From contig JAZRCT010000039.1 in the NCBI GenBank assembly GCA_045659905.1, positions 8,331 through 72,330 of the forward strand: a stretch of 64,000 nucleotides of DNA, read 5' to 3'. How positions within the stretch are numbered: the stretch's first letter is position 1; the number at the start of each line of letters is the position of its first letter. The notes under the pieces are model-generated. The model was not told the origin of the DNA, searched no databases, and saw only the letters and a list, made by a program, of their open reading frames with translations. Of this stretch, positions 39,552 to 51,000 are shown one piece after another. Source of the stretch: Eubacteriales bacterium (lineage in GTDB: Bacteria; Bacillota; Clostridia; Oscillospirales; CAG-272). A program made the position numbers and the translations under genes.

Positions 39552-41306
39552 ATGCTGAAACTGAAGAAAAAGACAGCCGATATACTTGCCGAAGCGATAA
39601 AGAGCGCTTTTGGTGAGGGACTAATCGGCGCTGAAGAAATTTTTTCGATGCTTGAATATCCGCCCGATAAGGATATGGGCGATATTGCGCTTCCCTGCTT
39701 CAAACTTTCACGTGCGCTGAGGAAAGCGCCCCCTATGATTGCAGAGGCTCTTTGCGCCGCTATCAACGATAGCACCTTTGAGGCAGTAACGCCCCTTGGC
39801 GGTTACCTTAATTTAAAAGTCAACAAGACCGCCTTCGCAAGACGTGTTGCTTCCGACATAAAGGCACTTGGGGAGAGCTACGGCTCACCTAACGTCGGCG
39901 GCGGCAAGACCGTCGTGCTTGACTATTCCTCGCCAAACGTTGCAAAGCCCTTCCATATAGGACACCTCGGCACTACCGTAATCGGTCACTCGCTCAAGCT
40001 TATTCACGAATTTGCAGGCTACAAGTGCGTCGGTATAAATTATCTTGGCGACTGGGGCTCTCAGTTTGGCAAGGTTATAGTAGCGTACAAGCACTGGGGC
40101 AGCAAGGAGCTTGTTGAAAAGGGCGGCGTTGACGAGCTGGTATCGCTTTACGTAAAAATCAACAATGCGATAAAAGCCGAGGAGGAAGAAAGCTTAAAGG
40201 GCTTGACGGAGGGAGCGAAGCCCCACTCGGCGCTCGGTGACGAGGCACGCTCGGAATTTGCAAAGCTTGAGGCAGGCGATGAAGAAAATCTTGCTCTTTG
40301 GCGCTGGTTCGTTTCGGTAACCCTTGCCGAATATGAAAAGACCTACAAGCTTCTCGGTATCACCTTTGACAGCTACAAGGGCGAGAGCTTCTACACCGAC
40401 AAGATGCCCGAGCAGGTAGAAAAGCTCCGCAATATGGGACTTCTCACAATTGACGACGGCGCTTCTATCGTAAATCTTGACAAGTGGAATATGCCCGTGT
40501 GCCTTATTCTTAAGAGTGACGGCACTACGCTTTATCCTACAAGAGATATTGCCGCTGCCGTATACAGAAAGAACGAATACGATTTTGACAAGGCTATATA
40601 CGTCACGAGCGCAGGACAGTCGCTTCATTTTGCACAATGGTTCAAGGTAGTTGAGCTTATGGGCTACGATTGGTACGACAAGCTCGTTCACGTTCCCTAC
40701 GGAACGGTAAGCATCAACGGCTCGAAGCTTGCAACAAGAACCGGCAACGTAATTCTTCTTCGTGACCTTTTTGACGAAGCAATTAAGAGAGTATACGAAA
40801 TCACGAAGGAAAAGCACCCCGACGAGGAGGAATGCAGAAAAATCTCGGAAAAGGTTGGCGTAGGTGCGGTAATTTTCTACTACCTTTCCAACAACCGAAT
40901 CAGAGATATCAACTTCGTAATGGAGGATGCGCTGTCCTTCGACGGCAACACCGGTCCTTACGCACAGTACACATACGCAAGAGCCTGCTCGGTGCTTGAA
41001 AAGGCAGCGTCAGAGGGTGAGATTAACGACGCTCCTCTCGGCGAGTTTGAATTCGAGCTTGCGAAGGTGCTTTCGGTATTCCCCGAAAGAGTAAAGAGTG
41101 CACTCGACGAATACGAGCCCAGCGTAATCACGAGATATATTCTTGACCTGTGCGCCATATTCAACAGATTCTATCACGACTGCAAGATTCTTACCGCAGA
41201 GGACGAAAAGCAGAGAAGCGCAAGGCTTGCGCTTTGCGCCTCAACGAAGCAGGTTTTAAAGACGGCGCTTCGCCTTATCTGCCTCGATTCACCCGAAAAA
41301 ATTTAA
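39552..41306 (+). CDS. argS: Arginine--tRNA ligase
   Basis: DYSSPNVAKPFHIGH, GDWGSQFG, GNTGPYAQY, DALR anticodon domain. Confidence 0.97.
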   Translation: MLKLKKKTADILAEAIKSAFGEGLIGAEEIFSMLEYPPDKDMGDIALPCFKLSRALRKAPPMIAEALCAAINDSTFEAVTPLGGYLNLKVNKTAFARRVASDIKALGESYGSPNVGGGKTVVLDYSSPNVAKPFHIGHLGTTVIGHSLKLIHEFAGYKCVGINYLGDWGSQFGKVIVAYKHWGSKELVEKGGVDELVSLYVKINNAIKAEEEESLKGLTEGAKPHSALGDEARSEFAKLEAGDEENLALWRWFVSVTLAEYEKTYKLLGITFDSYKGESFYTDKMPEQVEKLRNMGLLTIDDGASIVNLDKWNMPVCLILKSDGTTLYPTRDIAAAVYRKNEYDFDKAIYVTSAGQSLHFAQWFKVVELMGYDWYDKLVHVPYGTVSINGSKLATRTGNVILLRDLFDEAIKRVYEITKEKHPDEEECRKISEKVGVGAVIFYYLSNNRIRDINFVMEDALSFDGNTGPYAQYTYARACSVLEKAASEGEINDAPLGEFEFELAKVLSVFPERVKSALDEYEPSVITRYILDLCAIFNRFYHDCKILTAEDEKQRSARLALCASTKQVLKTALRLICLDSPEKI

Positions 41307-41324
41307 CGAAAAGAGAGATTTTTT

Positions 41325-42050
41325 ATGTCAGGACATTCAAAATGGAACAATATAAAGCATAAGAAGGAAAAATCCGATGCGGCTAAGGCTAAGATTTTTA
41401 CCAAGATCGGCAAGGAGATGGCAGTAGCTATCAAGGCGGGCGGTCCCGACCCTAACAACAACTCAAAGCTCCGTGACCTTATCGCAAAGGCTAAGGCTAA
41501 CAACGTGCCTAACGACAACATTCAGCGCACCATAAAGAAATTTACCGACAACAGCGATATCAACTTTGAGGAAATCACCTACGAGGGCTACGGTCCGTCG
41601 GGAGTTGCTATTATCGTAGAGACCTCAACCGACAACCGCAACCGCACCGCAGGCAACGTAAGAGCCGCATTCAACAAGTACGGCGGAAATATGGGACAGA
41701 ACGGCTGCGTATCCTATCTCTTTGAGGAAAAGGGCGTCATTACCATTATGGACGAGGACGAGGAGATTGAGGAGGACAAGATGATGGAGGATGCGCTTGA
41801 AAGCGGCGCCGAGGACCTCAAGTGCGCTGACGGCGAATACTCTATTTACACAGCCCCCGACGACCTTGACACCGTGCGTGACGCTATAATCGCACTCGGC
41901 TACAAAATCGACACTGCCGACCTTGCAAAGGTCCCCTCTACCTACGTTGAGCTTACAAGCGACGAGGACGTAGAAAATATGGAAAAGATGCTCGACAAGC
42001 TTAACGAGGATGACGACGTAAACGCAGTTTATACCAACTGGGACAACTAA
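41325..42050 (+). CDS. yebC: YebC/PmpR family protein
   Basis: MSGHSKWNNIKHKK, YEGYGPSG, TDNRNRT. Confidence 0.96.
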   Translation: MSGHSKWNNIKHKKEKSDAAKAKIFTKIGKEMAVAIKAGGPDPNNNSKLRDLIAKAKANNVPNDNIQRTIKKFTDNSDINFEEITYEGYGPSGVAIIVETSTDNRNRTAGNVRAAFNKYGGNMGQNGCVSYLFEEKGVITIMDEDEEIEEDKMMEDALESGAEDLKCADGEYSIYTAPDDLDTVRDAIIALGYKIDTADLAKVPSTYVELTSDEDVENMEKMLDKLNEDDDVNAVYTNWDN

Positions 42051-42053
42051 AGA

Positions 42054-42100
42054 TAAATGCGGAAGCTTTTTACCGATAAGGTGTTAAGCTTCCGCATTTA
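42054..42100 (+). terminator. Long-stem hairpin after yebC
   Basis: 15-bp perfect stem TAAATGCGGAAGCTT/AAGCTTCCGCATTTA. Confidence 0.65.
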
Positions 42101-42217
42101 CAAACATACTGTTTATTAGTTTTCAGTGTAAACAGAGATGCCACCCGGAGTTATGTTAGAGCCAAAACCCAACACAATTACTTGATTTTTAATCACTTTA
42201 CTTAAAGGAGAAATTTT

Positions 42218-43228
42218 ATGAATAATCCATTGAACAAAGCAAAAGATGCAGTTGCAAATTTATTAAGAAGAGCTTACATAAATTTGAAGTCTGCAAAAAT
42301 TTCACAAAAGATTACAGGGCTTGTAATTTCAATTGGAATGGCTTTAACTCTTGCAGGTTGTGATGAAGCCACACTCCCAAACCCTGACATAAATCCTGGC
42401 GGAGAACCTCCAACACACGATGAAGCTCCTGCAAACCCAATGTATGAAGAATATTCAGAACTTCTTCAAAACATCATGGCAAACAAAAGATATGATGAAC
42501 TCGTTGATCAAATTTTCATCAACAATAAAGCAATCCTACAATCTGGCGAAGTTGAGCCTCACCCTTATGCTTTCCTTGAAGATGAAGGTTATGATGTTGA
42601 AGCAATTAAAAAAGGTAACGATTTAGCATACACAATGAGCTATGTTCTTGATGAAGAACCAAACAATCTTTATATGTATACGCGCGTGTTAAACAATGAT
42701 CATTATGTTAACTATCTTTTAAAATATGAATTAACCGATGAAGAAATGGACGATTATAATTTATTACACCGCCCAGACGGTTCAGCACATTTTTATTTAC
42801 AATCAATTTTCATGAACAATGAAATTTCGAAAACAAGAAACCCAGAAATTGTTGGCAAAACAAAAATCACGGTTGATGCTTTTGATAAATTAACAACAAA
42901 TATTCAGTATGCATCATCAACTATTGATCGAAACTCATGTAACTTTATTTTGTTAAGCACGAATGAAGAAACTGACACATTTGAAACTATTATTATTCCA
43001 AGATTATATCAAGACAACTACATGACCATGTTAAGCAAAATTAGCAAAGCATCTTTCCAGTCGGCTTATGACTTAGCAATGAAAGATGATATATTTACAA
43101 AACCAACAGACAAACAATCTTTCATTGGATTATCAGCAACACAAAAAGAAGCCACCTTCTATTTCTCGCAAGAAGCTAATCTAGCTTTCGTGAGAGCACT
43201 ATCTTTTGAAACAAAGGCTTCGAACTAA
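42218..43228 (+). CDS. AT-rich putative lipoprotein of unknown function
   Basis: AAGGAG RBS, lipobox LAGC, Pro-rich linker; composition and codon usage differ visibly from neighbours. Confidence 0.8.
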   Translation: MNNPLNKAKDAVANLLRRAYINLKSAKISQKITGLVISIGMALTLAGCDEATLPNPDINPGGEPPTHDEAPANPMYEEYSELLQNIMANKRYDELVDQIFINNKAILQSGEVEPHPYAFLEDEGYDVEAIKKGNDLAYTMSYVLDEEPNNLYMYTRVLNNDHYVNYLLKYELTDEEMDDYNLLHRPDGSAHFYLQSIFMNNEISKTRNPEIVGKTKITVDAFDKLTTNIQYASSTIDRNSCNFILLSTNEETDTFETIIIPRLYQDNYMTMLSKISKASFQSAYDLAMKDDIFTKPTDKQSFIGLSATQKEATFYFSQEANLAFVRALSFETKASN

Positions 43229-43229
43229 C

Positions 43230-43297
43230 AAAAAAGCACCACAGTTGGTGCTTTTTTTCAAATAAAAGAGGCTGTCTCATTAAGACAGCCCCTTTTT
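43230..43297. terminator. Two adjacent terminators between convergent genes
   Basis: AAAAAAGCACCA-CAGT-TGGTGCTTTTTT and GGCTGTCT-CATTA-AGACAGCC, each with T-rich flanks. Confidence 0.7.
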
Positions 43298-43394
43298 GTT
43301 GTATCGTTATAAGCTGTATTTTTTATGGCAAGACATCAACGCTGTTTTTCGCATTTCCCTCTATATATATAACCTATTATTGGCATTAAGCCTG

Positions 43395-44219
43395 TTATTC
43401 TTCCGGATAAAGCAAATTTAAATTTCGTTCCAGCACTGCCCTACCACGCCAGGAAAAAGCACGATTTCCAAACTCATCGTCGCTCATAGCATCAAGCGTC
43501 TCCTTGGTGAGAAATTCGATTCTGTCATTGTAAAAATGCGGTATCGGCGTGAGCCTTGGTGATTTATTGTGCGGGCAAGAAAGCGAACAGATATCGCAGC
43601 CCCACACCGTGCTGTGTTGCTTCATAAGAGCAATTTCGCCGTCATCAAGCTCGCCCTTCTTCTGCGTGATTGCAGAAAGGCATTTATCCCCCTTGCCGCA
43701 GAGAATTCCCGTGGGGCAGGCAGTCCTGCACGCTCCGCAGCCCTCGCATCTTTTTATTTCAAGGGGTGCGTCGCAGTCAAGCTCGTCAGGCGGTACGTCG
43801 GTAATAACATCGCCTATAAATACGAACGAGCCATATTCCTCATTTATAAGAAGTCCGTTGTCTCCAAGGATACCAAGACCTCCTATAAGAGCCGCAGAGC
43901 GCTCGTCTATCGGGGAATGGTCTCCAAAGCCGAGAGCCTTATATTTTCCGTCTGCTTCTATAATTGACGTGAGCGCCTCTGATATCTCTCTTATAACCGA
44001 ATGATAATCAACCGATGCTGCGTACACTGATAAATTCTTCGTGAAGCCCGCAAAGTAAGGAATAAGATATACTATCGCACTTTTCGGCTCAAAGCCCTCC
44101 TTCCTTACGAGGCGGGGCTTTACCTCCTTAAGATGGCGGTAATCAAGCATACAAAAGCTTGTAATGCCCTTATCAAGGAGCGCACTTGCTATATTTTCCC
44201 GCAAAGTCGTATAAATCAC
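43395..44219 (-). CDS. queG: Epoxyqueuosine reductase QueG-like 4Fe-4S protein
   Basis: YAASVDYH, GILGDNGLLI...GSFVFIG, CEGCGACRTACP, WGCDICSLSCP. Confidence 0.75.
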   Translation of the reverse strand: MIYTTLRENIASALLDKGITSFCMLDYRHLKEVKPRLVRKEGFEPKSAIVYLIPYFAGFTKNLSVYAASVDYHSVIREISEALTSIIEADGKYKALGFGDHSPIDERSAALIGGLGILGDNGLLINEEYGSFVFIGDVITDVPPDELDCDAPLEIKRCEGCGACRTACPTGILCGKGDKCLSAITQKKGELDDGEIALMKQHSTVWGCDICSLSCPHNKSPRLTPIPHFYNDRIEFLTKETLDAMSDDEFGNRAFSWRGRAVLERNLNLLYPEE

Positions 44220-44298
44220 CTCTTTCGTAGGATATGCGTCACAATTGCAGTTATTAAGACTATTATACCTCAGCTGACGGCAAAATGCAATATAATTC

Positions 44299-44327
44299 TT
44301 GACTTTAGCTTCCCGTTAGTGTATAAT
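44299..44327 (+). promoter_or_regulatory. sigma-A promoter of the DUF3006-plsY operon
   Basis: TTGACT-N17-TATAAT. Confidence 0.7.
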
Positions 44328-44355
44328 AATTTTAATAATTATTTAGGGGGCGGCT

Positions 44356-44595
44356 ATGAATATTAAGCGATATTCGGTAGACCGAATAAACGACGGCATA
44401 ATAACGCTTGTCGGCGACGACGGTACTATTCTGAAAATCAAATCTGCGGAATACGAGCTTCTTGTAAACGATATCGTTGATATTGAATTTTCGGGTGAAA
44501 GCATCCTATCGGTACGAAAAAACGAAGCTGAAAAGCAAAAGCGTCTTCGTGCAAACAGCGCTTTGTTCAATTCCCTTTTTAAAAAGAAGGGATAG
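44356..44595 (+). CDS. DUF3006-like small protein
   Basis: YSVDRI start, basic helical C-terminus ending LFK. Confidence 0.7.
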   Translation: MNIKRYSVDRINDGIITLVGDDGTILKIKSAEYELLVNDIVDIEFSGESILSVRKNEAEKQKRLRANSALFNSLFKKKG

Positions 44596-44679
44596 CTTTA
44601 CTCCGTTCTTCGCTTTATCATTAGCGTTTTATTAGCCCGAGGCGAGATTTGCCTCAATAAGAAAGGAAAGGTCACAGAT

Positions 44680-45447
44680 ATGAATCTTCAGGAAGGACTT
44701 TTGGGATATCTTTTTTACAACGTGTTCGATAAGAATGCGGGTGATATGAGATTTTTATTTTTGCAGGTAGGCGCAGCGCTATTCACTATGGTAATTGCCT
44801 ATCTTCTCGGTAGCATCAATTCAGCAATTCTGACGTCAAAGGTGCTTTTCGGTGACGACGTCAGGCGTCACGGAAGCGGCAACGCAGGTCTTACGAATAT
44901 GCTGAGAACCTACGGAAAGCGTGCTGCGGTATTTACGCTGCTCGGCGATTTACTTAAAACTGCGCTTGCTATATTCATTGCAGGCGTTATCGGCGGCTTC
45001 GGCTACGTAGGCGGAATTGCGGTCGGCTTTACTCAGGTAATTCCTATGGTATACCTTGCGGCGCTTTTTTCGGTGCTGGGACATATCTTCCCTATCTACT
45101 ACAAATTCAGGGGCGGCAAGGGCGTGCTTTGCACTGCCGTAGCGGCGCTTATACTTAATCCTATTGAATTTGCTATACTTATTGCTATATGGATTCTTAT
45201 GGTGGTGCTTACAAAGTACGTGTCGCTGGCTTCTGTAACGGTAGCAATCCTTTACCCGATAGTGGTGCACGGACACTTTTCGATTGCCTTTGGCGGTCAG
45301 GAGCACGGAATTCTGGCGCTCGTAACCATACTTCTCGCTATTATAATCGTATACTGCCACAGAGAAAATCTGAAGCGTATCAGTGAAGGCACTGAAAGAA
45401 AAATCTCAATAGGAAAGCCTCCTAAAGGGGACGGCGACGACAAGTAA
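44680..45447 (+). CDS. plsY: Glycerol-3-phosphate acyltransferase
   Basis: YLLGSIN, GSGNAGLTN, GHIFP...FRGGKGV, HRENLKRI. Confidence 0.95.
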   Translation: MNLQEGLLGYLFYNVFDKNAGDMRFLFLQVGAALFTMVIAYLLGSINSAILTSKVLFGDDVRRHGSGNAGLTNMLRTYGKRAAVFTLLGDLLKTALAIFIAGVIGGFGYVGGIAVGFTQVIPMVYLAALFSVLGHIFPIYYKFRGGKGVLCTAVAALILNPIEFAILIAIWILMVVLTKYVSLASVTVAILYPIVVHGHFSIAFGGQEHGILALVTILLAIIIVYCHRENLKRISEGTERKISIGKPPKGDGDDK

Positions 45448-45453
45448 GCTTAT

Positions 45454-46617
45454 ATGAACGATTTTGTAAATCTTATTCTTGATGCTTTCAAAAAGGGCGC
45501 ACTGAATAAGCTTATCTTATCTCGCCCGACCGATAAGACATACCCTAAAAAGATTTCAGCAAGGCTTTGCGCACACAGAGGGCAAAAAATTCTCGCCGCC
45601 GAATACTCTCTTGAGGGAAATACCGTTTCGCAAAAAAACGTAAGAGAGGACGGGCTTTCCGCATTTATCGGCGAGGAGCTGCCGAGATATTTGCAGGCAA
45701 ATCTTCTGACACATCTTGGCGATGCAGAGCTGAAGGTCGACAAAAGCGGCAAAGCTGTAATCCTTGGCGGCGATAAGCTAAAAAGAAAGCTTTTGTCGGG
45801 CACGCCCGAATTCGGCATAAGGTTCGATTCGCTCGACAGAGCGAAAAAGCGAATACTCACGGGCAACGAGGATTTTCTTATAAAGCTCGGAATAAGCGAT
45901 AAAGGCGGCCGTGTGCACGACAAGAGACAGGGCAAATTCCGTCAAATAAATAAATTTCTCGAGTATATCGAGGAGATTTATAACGAGCTTCCAAGGACAG
46001 GAAAAATCACCGTCTACGACCTTTGCTGCGGAAAAAGCTATTTAAGCTTTGCGGTGTACTACTATCTCACCAAGCTCAAGGCCCGTGAGGTATATATGCT
46101 TGGAATAGATCTTAAGCGTGACGTTATGGATTACTGTAACGGCGTAGCAAGCGAGCTTGGCTTTAGCAATATGCACTTTATCACCGACAACATCGAAAAC
46201 ACACCGTCGGATACAGCTCCCGATATGGTGATATCGCTTCACGCCTGCGATACCGCAACCGACGTCGTGCTTACGCATGCGGTGAGGCTTCGTGCAAGGG
46301 TAATACTTTCTACCCCCTGCTGTCACAAAAAATTATCGGACGTTATAGCTTGCAAGGCGCTTGAATTTACCACGAAATATCCAAAGCTAAAGGGTAAGCT
46401 TTGCGAGGCTATTACCGATGCTTTGAGGCTTGAATACCTTAAATCCCACGGCTACTCGGTCAGCGCAACCGAGCTTACAGACCCCGATGATACTCCAAAA
46501 AACACGCTTCTCCGTGCTATTAAGACGGGAGAATTTTCAGGAGAAAAATACGGAGAATATCTCAATTATCTTAAGTTCATAACTGCGGGAAATTTTGATA
46601 AATTTCCGCTAAAATGA
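45454..46617 (+). CDS. Class I SAM-dependent methyltransferase
   Basis: KFRQINKF, DLCCGKSYL, SLHACDTATD, PCC, TPKNTLL. Confidence 0.85.
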   Translation: MNDFVNLILDAFKKGALNKLILSRPTDKTYPKKISARLCAHRGQKILAAEYSLEGNTVSQKNVREDGLSAFIGEELPRYLQANLLTHLGDAELKVDKSGKAVILGGDKLKRKLLSGTPEFGIRFDSLDRAKKRILTGNEDFLIKLGISDKGGRVHDKRQGKFRQINKFLEYIEEIYNELPRTGKITVYDLCCGKSYLSFAVYYYLTKLKAREVYMLGIDLKRDVMDYCNGVASELGFSNMHFITDNIENTPSDTAPDMVISLHACDTATDVVLTHAVRLRARVILSTPCCHKKLSDVIACKALEFTTKYPKLKGKLCEAITDALRLEYLKSHGYSVSATELTDPDDTPKNTLLRAIKTGEFSGEKYGEYLNYLKFITAGNFDKFPLK

Positions 46618-46635
46618 CAATTACGGTATACAAAA

Positions 46636-47085
46636 ATGCAGATAAATTACACTTCTAGCTCTACTAAAGATACAGAGAATATTGGTAAAAAGCTCGCCGA
46701 AATTCTCGTTAATTACAATATATCACGCAGCTTCATTGCGCTTTTCGGCGAGATGGGTGTCGGAAAGACCGCCTTTACGAGAGGCTTCTGCTCCGCTTTT
46801 GGAATCGACTCGGTAAAAAGCCCCACCTATACCGTGCTTAACGAATACAAGGGAAGCGCACTCGTGCATCACTTTGACTTTTACCGCATTACGGACGAGG
46901 ACGATTTATATTCGATAGGCTACGACGACATTCTGGATAGCGACGGCTATTGCATCGGAGAGTGGTCGGAGAATATTCAAGGAATGCTTCCAGACGCTTA
47001 CGTATCGGTGAAGATATCAAAGACGGACTTTTCGTCCGACGCAGAGGGAAAAAGAACTATCGAAATCACGATTCCCGAGCTTTAA
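46636..47085 (+). CDS. tsaE: t6A biosynthesis ATPase
   Basis: GEMGVGKTAF, SPTY, HFDFYR, EW. Confidence 0.93.
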   Translation: MQINYTSSSTKDTENIGKKLAEILVNYNISRSFIALFGEMGVGKTAFTRGFCSAFGIDSVKSPTYTVLNEYKGSALVHHFDFYRITDEDDLYSIGYDDILDSDGYCIGEWSENIQGMLPDAYVSVKISKTDFSSDAEGKRTIEITIPEL

Positions 47086-47127
47086 GTCTCCGCACTCTCT
47101 CAAAATTCATTTATATAGGAACGAAAA

Positions 47128-47865
47128 ATGATTACACTTGCTTTTGACAGCACCGCCAAGGTGGCAACGGTCGCAGTAGCCTCCGACGAAAAAATTATAG
47201 CTTCATATACCGTCGATAACGGATTCACGCAGAGCGAGCTTCTTTTGCCTATGGCGGAGGATATGCTTCGCTCGCTTGCTCTCGATCTATCAAAAGTCGG
47301 GCTTTTAGCCTGCTCAGTCGGTCCGGGCTCCTTTACGGGTGTCAGAATAGGTGCGGCGCTGGTAAAGGGACTTGCCTTTGGCAAGAATATTCCCTGCTGC
47401 GAGGTTTCCTCGCTCGAGGCGCTGGCTTACAATTTGCTCGGCACCTGCCAAGGCATCGTCGCTTCCGTTATGGACGCAAGGCGCGGACAGGTATATACCG
47501 CTATTTTCAGGCTTACCGAAGACGGTATCGAAAGGCTTACCGAGGATTCAGCCCTCTCGCTTGAGGAGCTTTGCTCGCTACTCCGAGAGTACGGGGGCGA
47601 TAATATATATCTCGTCGGTGACGGCTATGATATAGCCTATTCCTATTGTACCTCCGGGGGACTTAAGCTTGCGGGCACGCCCTTGATTCTTCGCAATCAG
47701 AACGCTGCCTCCGTAGCAAGAGCCGCAGTAAGGCTTTACAAGGACGGAAGCTTCGTCGACGACGTTAAGCTTGCCCCAACTTATTTAAGACTGCCGCAGG
47801 CAGAAAGAGAAAGACTTGAAAAAGCATCGAATCAGCTGATTAATAAAATCAAACACTCAATATAA
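47128..47865 (+). CDS. tsaB: t6A biosynthesis protein
   Basis: LAFDST, GPGSFTGVRIG, MDARRGQVY, PTYLR. Confidence 0.94.
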   Translation: MITLAFDSTAKVATVAVASDEKIIASYTVDNGFTQSELLLPMAEDMLRSLALDLSKVGLLACSVGPGSFTGVRIGAALVKGLAFGKNIPCCEVSSLEALAYNLLGTCQGIVASVMDARRGQVYTAIFRLTEDGIERLTEDSALSLEELCSLLREYGGDNIYLVGDGYDIAYSYCTSGGLKLAGTPLILRNQNAASVARAAVRLYKDGSFVDDVKLAPTYLRLPQAERERLEKASNQLINKIKHSI

Positions 47866-48084
47866 ACCAAAAAAGCGTCGTGATAAGGCACCGTTTAAGC
47901 TTGTGCCTCCGACGCCTTTTTATTTCCTCAAGCTTCTTTATGTGAAATATACAAGAGGGCTTACAAAAGATTGTTTATTTTATCCAATTGAAATCGGCAC
48001 TCTTATATGATAAAATATTTATAAGCAAATTTATTTTATTTTGTTTATAATATGAGATTCTCAGAAGAAGAAAGGAACAAAAAC

Positions 48085-51000
48085 ATGAAAAAAGGCTCAA
48101 AGATTCTGATTCTCGCACTTTGCATTGCTCTTTTGCTTTGCGGTACCGTTATTGCTATAAACGCAGCCGACGGTAACGTATGCAAAATCGGCGACGTTGA
48201 ATATGCAAGCATCGGCGAGGCTGTCGAGGCAGCTGCGGACGGCGACACCGTCAAGCTGACGGCAAACGCAGAAATAAAGGAAAGCATCTCAATTACGAAA
48301 AATCTCACGCTTGATTTGAACGGCAAAACACTAAGTAATACAGTAGTTGCTTTCACGATTGATGCCGACAATATTAATTTCACCGTTACTGGTAACGGAT
48401 ATATCAACGCAAGCGCAATGCTGCTCGACGTTACGAAGTCCGCAAACGTAGCGGTTACGGGAACGAATCAGGGTATCGTAGTAACGCAAAGCGGCTCTAC
48501 CGTGCTTAAGGCGGCTGAGAGTGCTGTCGTTAGCTATACAAACGTTTTCGTTTTCGCTAAATCAACGAGCAAACAGTATTTCGTGCTTTCGAATAACGCA
48601 AGCTTTATCGGTAATAAATTTAACTTTGAGCTTGATTCCGCATTGATTCCCAAAAAGAATGCTAATTTCAGCTTGGCCACGCCCTTCAATCTTCGTGATA
48701 ACGTTTACATAAAGCTTACCGACTCCTCAATCAGGACTGCAGGCGGAGTTATTACCGGAGAACCAAAATACACAGCTTACAGACCGGGTCAGGAAAATAA
48801 GTCTAACTACGGTGACGCAGTAGATTTTGAAAACGTCAACGTGTATGCGAACGCTATCGTTTTCTTCGGCGATAATATCAACAATTACTATTCCTACGAA
48901 ACCGATAACTCAGACGAAACTACAGACAGCGTATACGGCGACAATTTTTCAATCGCAGGTAATATCAATATTAACGGCGGTACTCTTACCTCCTTCTACC
49001 GTACATTCGTATCTAACCTTTCGCAGGACAACGTCACGACGACGGACCCCACCAAGAGCCTTAAGATTTCACTTAAGAATTCTACTATAATCAGCGTAAG
49101 AAACGATTCTTACCTTTTCCTCCGTAAGAATCTCGCTATGAGCTTTGATAATTGCCGAATTCGTCTTGAGACCGATATCCTTGCGCACAACGGCGGCACA
49201 CCTCCAAAGGATACCGAGGGTAATGAACTTAAAGCACTTACCGATGCTCATAGCGGCGCGGTAACGCTTTTCCCCGGCACGAGACTTACTAAGAAGCCTA
49301 ATGCAAGCAGCTTTAACTACACCTACAGCGACGGCTCTACAGGCGCTGACAGCACTACCTACGAAATAGCCTTTGACCCTGCGGGCGACCGCCAGTTTCC
49401 TTGGGTTGTAGTGGCTAAGGGTACTATACCCGCCACAGACAAGGCGTATTTCCATCCCGTATACAAGATTTCAGGAAATATCTGGTCTGAAATGCCCGCG
49501 CATCAAGCCACTAAAGTTCCAAGCGTAGAGAAGTTAATCACTGTAAAGGATTACAACGGCAACTTATATAACAAGTATTACCTCTCGCCTGAGGGATATG
49601 AAAACGGTGACGTTATAAGATTCAAGAACTTCCCCGGCGCAGAAAATAATACGAAATGGGACTCGTTCTACACAATTGGTTGCTCAGAAGCAACTAAAGT
49701 AGAAAATAGCAATGCGTTGAATTTGCTTAACAACAAGGTAGTAGTATATAACATTAATATTTCTTCCGGAAGCGAGTGGGGCTTCATAAACGCAGACATG
49801 TATATACAGTTGAGAAATGCTACTGATGGAAATAAGAAGGCAAATCTTAAGCTTGAGAACAATACTCTTTATAATTCCGACAAAACCAAGTCAATCGAGC
49901 TTGATCCTTTCAAGTGGTATACAGTCACCCTGCTTTTGGACGTGGCTAACAACAAAGCCTTCTCTTACCTGAACGGGGAATTAATGGGTTCGGGTACTAT
50001 ATACTCGAGAAGCTTGACCGATAAGTCTTTTTTACAGGGACTCAGATTCAACCCCTACAACGGCGCAGACCAGATTGTTGGCACTTCGCTCCTTTTCGAT
50101 AACCTTTCAGGCGCTACCTATCCCGAAGGAATATATACCGACAGCACAAACACGACGCTTGACGCATCGAAATACGTAGACCTTGACAACAGCGGCAAGA
50201 TGGTATCGGTTACGGGTGAGGACGGAAGCGTTGCAAGCTTCAAGGCTAACGGTCTTTACTACACCGAAATCGATAACGCTCTCGCTAATGGCACTGTAAT
50301 ACTTGCCGAGAGCAATCTTAACGATACTAAGGCTTCCAACGACGGCTACATTTTTACAAACGGATACTTGCTTAAGGTAACGTCGGATTCCGACGCAATA
50401 CTTTCTTCGGGAAGCAAATCCGACCCTCTCGGAATCCTTTTCAAGGTTGACGAAAGCTTAAACGACCTTACGCTCGACGTATATTGGTACGTCGGCGGCT
50501 CTGCGGGTGACAAAAGCGACCTTAACAACCAGAACGGCACTAACTACGTAAAGACTACCGTAAAGCCCGGTCAAATCCCGACCTTTACAGGCGGCGAGGT
50601 AGCTAAGGTGTTTGACAGAAAGACCTCTACGGTAGGTAATTTCAGCGGCGGATTTGCTCTTGCATTCTGCGCAGCCGAAGCGCTTGAAATGAAGCCTATC
50701 TCGGTAAACGAGATTATGTACTATCAGGAAAGCGGCGAATTCCTTACCTACTACGCTCACTACGACTTCTCGCCTCTAGATTATGAGATAACCAACTCGC
50801 TTGACGCCGACTTCTACGACGGCGGCGCAGGCGGAGACGCTCTGCACACCTCGCTTAATAATCTTAAAAACGGCGATACGGTTAAGCTTCTTAACGACGT
50901 TGAGATTATTAACAAGGATGTTATCACCTACAACAGCTCCAAGACGACGGCTCCTTCGGATATTGCAATTGACGACGACTACACCGAGCAGGAGCTTGCA

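Noticed and set aside
43220-43300. Possible integron attC after the AT-rich gene
   Set aside because: No RYYYAAC/GTTRRRY ends or L-box pairing; the stems are ordinary terminators
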